NCBI RefSeq assembly: GCF_006345805.1
Contig: NC_043008.1
Span: 77,004,001 to 77,068,000 of the forward strand
DNA: 64,000 bases
DNA from: Octopus sinensis
Taxonomy: Eukaryota
Direction: 5' to 3'
In this document: piece by piece, positions 55,032 to 64,000 of the stretch
How the letters are laid out: the number at the start of each line of letters is the position of its first letter
How positions within the stretch are numbered: position 1 is the first letter of the stretch
The notes under the pieces: generated by a model
Databases searched by the model: none
The model's input: only the letters and a program-made list of their open reading frames with translations
What the model was told of the DNA's origin: nothing
Made by a program: the position numbers and the translations under genes

Positions 55032-56363
55032 GGAGATAAATAAAAATATATATGCATACATACAAACATATATGTACGTACCTACATCTACATGTATATA
55101 TACATGCATATATAAATAATTATACGGAAGTACAGGACATCACAATAAGACGTAGAAACAGAAAAAGCCAAAAAACAAAAAACAAGAAAACGGAAAACGA
55201 AAACCAAATACAGGACAGGTTACACAAGGACAAAACCCCCGTCATCAGCTGTCGCTAGAGGAGTCAGGCATGTTTCGAAGGCATAACAGAACACTAATCC
55301 AATAGGCCTTCCTGCGAGAGAATTAAAATAAAATTTCAAGCAGCGGGGCACAATGAGTACGAACACAAACAAGACGTAACAATAAGACTGCAAAAATTAA
55401 AATACATGTACAAAAACAAACACAAGAGGACGAACGAAAAAGCCTTTTTTCTGGCATAGACAAACAATAAAACTGCAAAAATAAAAATACATATACAAAA
55501 AGTACAATTAGTTACAAAACGAGAAAATAACAAGAATACTATACAGGAAATTAACCGACAAGGGGACGAACGAAGAAGCCTTTTTTCTGGCAAGGACGAA
55601 AGTGTAGTAGCAGCGCGTGGAGGCAGTCTTTTCAATAGTGGTAACCACGTGTAAAGGAATTTTGTTTTATAGGCAAGGAAGAGGGAAGGAGGAGGGGAAC
55701 ACGCGGCGAAGAGAGAGGAGGAGGGGGAGGGAGAAAGATTGAAGAGGTTAAAGCAAAGGGAGAGAGTACCGCATCTTCAATATAATAATATTAATATAAA
55801 AAAAGGGGACCAAGAAGTGGATCGAAACGACGAATCGGAACGAACCTGATGCGGGGCGCTGTCAGACAATAAGGAGATAAATAAAAATATATATGCATAC
55901 ATACAAACATATATGTACGTACCTACATCTACATGTATATATACATGCATATATAAATAATTATACGGAAGTACAGGACATCACAATAAGACGTAGAAAC
56001 AGAAAAAGCCAAAAAAAAAAACCAAGAAAACGGAAAACGAAAACCAAATACAGGACAGGTTACACAAGGACAAAACCCCCGTCATCAGCTGTCGCTAGAG
56101 GAGTCAGGCATGTTTCGAAGGCATAACAGAACACTAATCCAATAGGCCTTCCTGCGAGAGAATTAAAATAAAATTTCAAGCAGCGGGGCACAATGAGTAC
56201 GAACACAAACAAGACGTAACAATAAGACTGCAAAATTAAAATACATGTACAAAAACAAACACAAGAGGACGAACGAAAAAGCCTTTTTTCTGGCATAGAC
56301 AAACAATAAAACTGCAAAAATAAAAATACATGTACAAAAAGTACAATTAGTTACAAAACGAGA
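55031..56363. repeat. ~490-bp near-identical direct repeats (55031-55524, 55872-56363) around a ~350-bp spacer; pLTR/LTR-like non-autonomous element
   Basis: aggagataaataaaaatatatatgc ... gttacaaaacgaga occurs twice, offset ~841 bp; flanked by (TA)n on both sides. Confidence 0.88.
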
Positions 56364-56684
56364 TATATATATATATATAATCTTGAAACGTACGTTCTCA
56401 AATAACCTTTGCACTTGATTTTTTAATGTCTCTACCCCCATATTTGCGTGAGTTGAATTGAGCAAACACTATATGAGAGAGGTTTTCTTTAAGTATTAGA
56501 AATAGTTTTAAAAAAGTTTTTTTTAGCTGCTATTTCTAATGAGTTCAGTATGCGGCAAAGTAATTTATTTTACTAAGCCCTTTTATATAAGGTAATAATT
56601 GAATTCGCCTTAAATGGTCCCTTTGCATACTGAATACTTGGTGAAATTGATTAATTAATTAATTTTACCCTCAATTGTTGAAAT

Positions 56685-56813
<129 letters not shown>

Positions 56814-56854
56814 ATATACATATATATACATACATACATACATACATACATACA

Positions 56855-56885
<31 letters not shown>

Positions 56886-56964
56886 GTGTGTGTGTGTGTG
56901 TGTGTGTGTATACAAACATACATGTATCTATATATACATGTGTGAGTGTTTGTGTGTGTCTGTC

Positions 56965-57125
56965 TGTTTGACAGCCGGTGCTAGTTGTTTATCTCCCTGT
57001 AACTTAGAAGGTTGGTAAAAGGACGCCGATAGAATAAATACCTGACTTCAAACAAAAATAAGGCCTGGGGGCGATCTGTTCGACTAAAATCCAGTATGGC
57101 TGCAGTCTAATGACTGAAACGAATG
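56965..57125 (+). mobile_element. SINE family B, 3' half, decayed
   Basis: ccgatagaataaatac...cctgggggcgat..gttcgactaaa...gcagtctaatgactgaaac. Confidence 0.75.
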
Positions 57126-57482
57126 CAATAGAAGAGATATCTAACAGTGGGTAACTTGGTTTTTGTTGTCTGGTGTTGGAGACATGTTTCCTAGAAATTT
57201 TGATTTGGTGATTTCAAAAATGATTTTCATTGTCTTCTATTAAGTCAAGATTTTTCACAGGTTCAAATATCCACTTCTCACACATTCCGGTATTGTCATC
57301 AAATGCAAACAAACTTGAGCAACTTTCACTATTTTCCCTGTAACCAATTTTAAATGTTATGATGAAGACGGATATGTCATTTACGCTAATTTAGGTAGAC
57401 GTAAACACACAAAGACCGGTGGTCAAGCTGTGGAGGGGATAAACACACACATAAATATATACATATATTATACATATATATG

Positions 57483-57603
<121 letters not shown>

Positions 57604-57624
57604 ATATACATATATATATATAAC

Positions 57625-57890
57625 TCACAATGAGCGTCTGTCACTATGTGTGTATGTGTATGTGTGCATCACTAAAACTCCAGAACTACTCAACCGATTT
57701 CATTCAAATTTTACGCATGCCTTACTTCGGCTACATGAAGTGAGTAAATAAAGCGACCCCAGAGCATTCCTTTATCTCTTACAATGTATCGGTATTACGT
57801 ATCAAAAGTGAAACAGTAACATCTCTATTGTAATGTGATATAATACTTTCATTATTATATGGTTCCAATTTCAATTACTTTCACTGTATT
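57625..57890 (-). mobile_element. Helentron/DINE-like family C end
   Basis: Same orientation as, and aligns by eye with, 48530-48783. Confidence 0.6.
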
Positions 57891-57922
57891 TTTATATTGA
57901 TGTTTGTATATGTATATATGTA

Positions 57923-57977
<55 letters not shown>

Positions 57978-57998
57978 ATGTATATATGTATGTGTATC

Positions 57999-58029
<31 letters not shown>

Positions 58030-58082
58030 ATATTTATATATATGTATGTATTTGTATATATGTATATATATATATTTTATAC

Positions 58083-58140
<58 letters not shown>

Positions 58141-58429
58141 GCATATGTATGTATATGTATGTATACGTATGTATATATGTATATATTTATGTATGTAAAT
58201 TTATATATATTTATGTGTATATATACATACATAAATAAAGATAAATGCTTTCCTAAATAAAGTTGTACTTCACTTTTTAAAGGTCCAATGAAGTTATAGG
58301 CTGATACACACGCACACAACTATGAGTGCATTGCACCTTATAAGAGAAACACCTGTAAGCTAATGAAGTTTATCAGTTTATTTTCTTATGCACACACACA
58401 CACACAAACACACATATTTACATACATAT

Positions 58430-58588
58430 ACTCGACGAGCTTCTTTCAGTTTCCCTCTACCAAATTCAGTAACAATACTGTCCTGAATTACTGTAGAAGA
58501 CATTTGGTCCAGGTGCCGTACAGTGGGACTGAACCCAGAACCACGTGGATGGAAAATAAGTTTCTTACACTCAACCATGCCTGCGCCT
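58430..58588 (-). mobile_element. SINE family B, 5' half, decayed
   Basis: cttctttcagtttcc...gtagaagacattt...cagtgggactgaaccc...cctgcgcct is the reverse complement of the family B head. Confidence 0.75.
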
Positions 58589-61500
58589 ACAAAAATTCGG
58601 ATCGTGTCGTTCTCGAGAAGCAATTCAATAGATCACAATGTGGTAGCTTCTCGACTATACACGTCATTCCAAGCTGCAGTTCTAGTAGTATACAAGCGAT
58701 CCTTTTTGTCTCTATCATCAACTGATCCATTTACAAATGTGAAGAGAGGGAAGAAAAGCAATATTTTCGTTAAAATGTTTGAAGTCTAGAACTTCAAAGA
58801 ATTCTTTTATTATTATCATTATTATTTCAGGAGCTAACAGCTGCTTTCACAAGAACCCACCACTTAGTGATAATCTTTGATATTCCAAGAAAACCTGTGT
58901 CCCATTCATGTATAGACGATTCTCTACTCTTACTACTTTATTGAAACTACCCTAATGAATGATTGCCACAGTTGTCTTTATGTACATAGGTTCTGTTAGT
59001 TAATAATGTTAAACCAAAACGCATATTTTACTCAGAACTGGAATGAAATGGAATAATATTTATAGGTCTCCAACTGAAATAAAATAGTTATAACTAGGGA
59101 TTGAAACCGTATCTTGATCTTCGTTCAAAAGAGGTTTGCTGCTTAAAATCTAAATGCCAGGTATAACTACTATAGACAGGAATAAAAAAATTGCAAATTT
59201 GATTCCCCCCGCGTTCGTCACCTATTTACTCCCACTATTGTCTATGGACCAGTAATCACTTGTACAAGGAGTAAATGAGAAATGTCTCAAATTGGTATTG
59301 AACATGTGTTGCCGGGTCAGCTTGATGATAGCTTACCACCAGCCTACAACTTTGGAAAGAACAAGAATAAATGAAACTTAAATTAATTATTTATTAGAAA
59401 ATTGTTAAGTGGTCAACACAAATGAATGTCGATGGAGATGGCATGAGAGGAGAGGGAGTGGAGGGAAGGAGGAGGCGATAGAAAAAGAGAAATGACGGCG
59501 AGAAAAGAGAAAGGACACAGTGAGGAAGAGAGTGAGGGAGACGAGTTGGTTAAGAAGAAAGGATGTGACAAATGTCTAAAAATGTCGACAATAACGGATG
59601 TGATTTACTTTTTACAGAAATATCTTTAAGTGTACTACTACTACTACTACTACTACTTCCTTGAGTTAGTGAGTGAGGGGCGGTAGTGTTCTTATTAGCG
59701 ACCCGACAAGACTACATATTGATAATGGTAAATGGAGACAGTAGTATTACTGGACTTGTCTGCGATGTAAGGTGATGACGTCATCAAATAGAATGATGGA
59801 CAACAGTCACGTAGACCTTCTTATTTAGCTAACAATAATTGCTTACTTTGGCACAAAGTTTCAGAATAATAGAGGGTTAGTAAATGAGAGTGTATGACAT
59901 TCATGCCTTTCTTAAGGATAAAGCAAAGGTAAATGTCTATTATAGAAACGGTTATTGAAACCAAATGACAGACACTTAGGGATTTTCACCATATTCTACG
60001 ATAAATACTTTCAGGATCGTAATTATTAGTTTTGATGGAGATGAAGACTATGAAGTTAAAAGGGTCACTTTGGAACCATCATAATTCCAGGTTCGATCCC
60101 ACTGCGTGGTACCTTCCGAAAAATTACTTTTTTTTCTCATAGTCCAGGTTTAACTAATACCTAGTGAGTGGAATTTGGTCGACGGATAACTGTGCAGAAT
60201 GTCTGTACGTGCGCGCGCGTGTGCGCCTACGTCATATTAAATGTTTTTCTCGTGTAATATTTTTACACGTTTGCTCTGCTATCCATAGTATAAATCGTAA
60301 ACATAACAATCCAGAAATTCCCTTCAAAGAATTTCCTGTCCTGTCTTTAGATTTTAGGGTCCAGAGAACAAGGAGCATTGCTAGAAGAAACACATTGGAA
60401 TGTTCAATTCTGAAATAAGCCGTCAGTTTGTGATGTAGCGATGTCAACCATCCAACTTCTCCCAAAGCACAGTGTAGTGGACCACCAATGAAAGAGAGCC
60501 AATGTCCGGTGGAAACTGAGCGACTGCAGACAAAGAATTTTAATGACGAATGAGAAGTCATTGTTTAAAAATTATGGATTATTTAGTTTATCCTGACTAA
60601 ATGAAATAATTTTAGTCTCTAAGTTTCAGTTCAATGAATTTCAATGTTCTTAGTAACTTTTTTTTCAGAAGCTACTGACTACCAGTAATTATATATGGGA
60701 CACAAGAATCATACTCTCCTTATTTCCAACCATATCTTGATCTGTGAAGGGTGAGGAGATTGTTGGTCCTCTAGGTGTCAACATTGTTACAATCGCACAT
60801 TTACATATAGTCGAAATTCTTGGAAAAGGTTAAAAGGGAAATAGGTTAATTTTTGAAATGTTTTTAGACAATGATATAAATCAATAATAAAAATCACGAG
60901 AAAGAAAGAAAAAACACATAATAGCTTACAGACAGAGACAAATAAGCGACAAAACGGTGCGGTAAGTGCTCTGATACCTTCGATTCATCACACGTTACAT
61001 TGCTAAATTTTCTACAAACTTTAGGTCATTTGAGAGAGAGAGGGGGAGAGGGGGAGAGAGAGAGAGAGAAAAGAAGTATTGTGCCAAGATTAGAAAGATA
61101 GAGAAAGATAGACAGAGAAGGAGAATAGATTTAACATTGACGAAATGTATGTAATAAGACCTTTCCTTGTTTATAAATAACTAAATAAAACAGGAAATTT
61201 GTGAGAATTTAGACCACTCATTGGGTAGGAGTGTCAAAGAATGTTTGGTGGTGCAAATGTCTGAATTTGAAATAAAATGTACGCAGTATTGTTCAAGATG
61301 TGCTTGACCTATTTCTTAATGTTCCAACTCGCACTAAAGAGCATTCAAAATATGAACAGGGGAGAGAACTAAAGCGCTGGCGACAAAAGAGAATGACGCA
61401 CTTCAGTCAGAATATGCATAGCAACAAGATCTGTGACTTTTGTGGCTGATAAACAGAATAGACTAAATGTGAAACAAGGGCAAACGACAGATCAGTTGAA

Positions 61501-62034
61501 AGATCAAATATATCATAAACAGAAGATAAATCCCCATGAAATGTCGACAAATGCAACAGAATAGTCTACAAGTGAAAGGGCGTTGAAGGTTGGTATTAAC
61601 AGCGGCAGACGATGATTCTAGGAAAGTATTGGTTTTCTGGTATTTAGAAAGGATTGTAAACTAGAACAAATAGGGTAGGTGAAAGGGCTCAGACAACACT
61701 ACAAATTAGCCATGAGAAAGTATATTTTTGTGTGTATATGAAGGAAGAAACATCAGAAACTGGAGGAGGAATGCTGGTGGGTGTGATTATATCTTTTTTT
61801 TTTTACGTAGGAGGAAGAATTAACGGCTTATATATTTGGAACTGGGTAGTGTAGGGATAGGGGGTGAATGGCAACAAAGATAAGCTGGAAGCATAGATAT
61901 ACACACTCATACATACACACGCACTTATACGTATACATACATACGTACATGCATATAATATATATGTACGTACGTATGTATGTACGTATGTATGTATGTA
62001 TGTATGTATGTATGTATGTATGTATGTATGTATG

Positions 62035-62065
<31 letters not shown>

Positions 62066-62092
62066 CCTTGTTAGGTATTTCGTCTAGAGTAA

Positions 62093-62395
62093 AGGCGGCG
62101 AGCTGGCAGAATCGTTAGCACGCCGGGCGAAATGCGTAGCCGTATTTCGTCTGCCGTTACGTTCTGAGTTCAAATTCCGCCGAGGTCGACTTTGCCTTTC
62201 ATCCTTTCTGGATCGATAAATTAAGTACCCGTTACGCATTGGGGTCGATATAATCGACTTAATCCGTTTGTCTGTCCTTGTTTAGCCCCTTGTGGGTAGT
62301 AAAGAAATAGGTATTTCGTCTGTCTTTACGTTTTGATCTAATCGACTGCCCCCTCCCCCAAAATTTCGGGCCTTGTGCTTAGAGTAGTAATGAAT
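62093..62395 (+). mobile_element. SINE family A, young composite copy
   Basis: A-box-like ggcgagctggcagaatcg, B-box gagttcaaattcc, Nin/Deu-like gcctttcatcctttc..gtcgataaattaagtacc. Confidence 0.9.
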
Positions 62396-62544
62396 ATGTG
62401 CACGTATGACGGGATACCTCATGAGAAGTAACGAGGCAGGCATTTGGGATAGGCTAAAGTAACATAGGAAATTATAAATAAAAATAGTTTATTACAACAG
62501 CACTGAGCAAAGAATTAATGACAACTTGCAGAGTGACAATATTG

Positions 62545-62800
62545 CGGCCGAGCTGGCGAAATGCTTAGCGGTATTTCGCCTGCCGTTACGTTGTGAGTTC
62601 AAATTCCACCGAGGTCGACTTTGCTTTTCATCCTTTGGGGGTCGATAATTTAAGTACCAGTTACGCACTCGGGTCGATGTAATCGACTTAATCCCTTTGT
62701 CTGTCCTTGTTTGTCCACTCTATGTATAGCCCCTTCTGAGTAGTAAAGAAATAGGTATCTCCTTTATGTTTATCCCCCTGTGGCAATAAAGAAATAAATA
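62545..62800 (+). mobile_element. SINE family A, second copy
   Basis: Same head and core; tail gcccc...taaagaaata repeated; flanked by aatattgcggcc at both ends (possible TSD). Confidence 0.88.
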
Positions 62801-63427
62801 TTGCGGCCTTGACATATAGCAGCAAAAGCAATAAAGCGGTTAGGACAGAATAGAGGTGATGTGTATAGAGACGATTATCGTATCCAGACAATGACGCCAT
62901 CATGAATGAGGTAGTGATATAGCAGTGATAACAGTTATGTAACAACGAAAGTACAGTGGCGATGACAGGAAGGAGGTGATGATATTTGACTGGTGATGAA
63001 GCTACGCTGTTGTCACCCCCATACAAATATACACACACCACATTTTCACACATAATACGCTCGCGCGCACGAAAACACACACACACACATACACACACAG
63101 GTTCCTAGACTAAAATCAATTTTTCTGTTAAATGTATCTATCCGTTATTTTCCGTCACCTACAGCGAATGTGTATATGTGTGTATGTGTGTGTGCGCGCG
63201 CGCATACATATTGATGTTTGTATGTATGTATGTATGTATGTATGTATGTATGTATGTATGTATGTATGCGCTAATGCAGCCAGTGCAGTCGTAACATGGG
63301 ATGAAATCTTTTTAACTTTGAAAGTGCCGAAACAAGATTTACTCAGGCCTCTATGACAAACGAGAGGTTTTCCATATTTATTTGTCCTTTTCCATTAATC
63401 AGCTCCATAATTTACATACGTACATGG

Positions 63428-63950
63428 TGGCTGCCCCCTCGTTATCGAGTATGGCCATTGCACGAAGCTTAGTCAATGTTGTTATCGTGCAATGCCTGTG
63501 CAAGAAGATTTTTTTTTTAAAGTGAGGAAAGGCTATGCACTGAGTCAATCCCACTCACTAAGCAAACAGCAGCCATAATCCGAAAAGAAGAACAAGTCAA
63601 CATCATCGGTAACCACTGAGCCGCAGGTTTTATATCGGAGTTATCCCAGCAAGCTGAGTTACCTTCTCCTAGAAGGATGTCCTAACAAAGGCTAGGGGTC
63701 TGTCACTCTCAATGGTTTAACCGCGCGATCGGGTATTCAGTCCGATTATTTCTATGTCCCCGCGCATGACACAGCCTTAAGACATTTATTGGATGGCCGT
63801 TGACTCTCAAGAGTTCCTCCGCCCTTTGACGGGTTTTGTTTTTCATCCCGTAAGGTGTCCAATAAACAACCTCCTCACCAAGCAAGCTTGGTGGGGTTAC
63901 CGGTTTAGTCGCCGACGACCCGACCATGCAACAGGTTGTGCTGGGTTACA
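63428..63950 (-). mobile_element. GC-richer retroposon segment resembling an RTE-type 5'UTR / non-autonomous derivative
   Basis: gagttaccttctcctag...aaaggcta motif recalled from RTE 5' regions; no ORF; family and strand are inferred. Confidence 0.4.
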
Positions 63951-64000
63951 TGTTACATACATACATACATACAAACATACATACATACATACATACATAC

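Noticed and set aside
60232-60561. Possible host exon
   Set aside because: No recognisable domain or supported splice pair; frames are interrupted by stops.

Overview
AT-rich eukaryotic (animal) DNA that is almost entirely intergenic or intronic, with no host protein-coding exon I can support. The microsatellite density ((TA)n, (GT)n, (TAT)n, (TATG)n, (TCTA)n) and the tRNA-derived SINE families resemble a coleoid cephalopod (Octopus-like) genome; this is an inference from pattern recognition, not a search. The window is a transposon graveyard. It holds a decayed Ty3/Gypsy pol, a young 5'-truncated CR1/L2/Jockey-group LINE with a 503-aa RT ORF, and R4/Dong-like and RTE-like LINE fragments. It also holds several mariner copies, a hAT remnant, Tigger- and Tc1-type MITEs, Helentron-like elements, Penelope-like repeats with degenerate hammerhead motifs, and several SINE families. 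Nearly all ORFs in the supplied track are microsatellite artefacts. I found no convincing new protein-based system. The most interesting signals are structural: hammerhead-like motifs, a head-to-tail SINE trimer, a closely spaced inverted SINE pair, a 72-nt locally templated insertion into a SINE, a (TAA)n-embedded element, perfect hairpins and microsatellite-bounded duplications. Boundaries of decayed elements are approximate.
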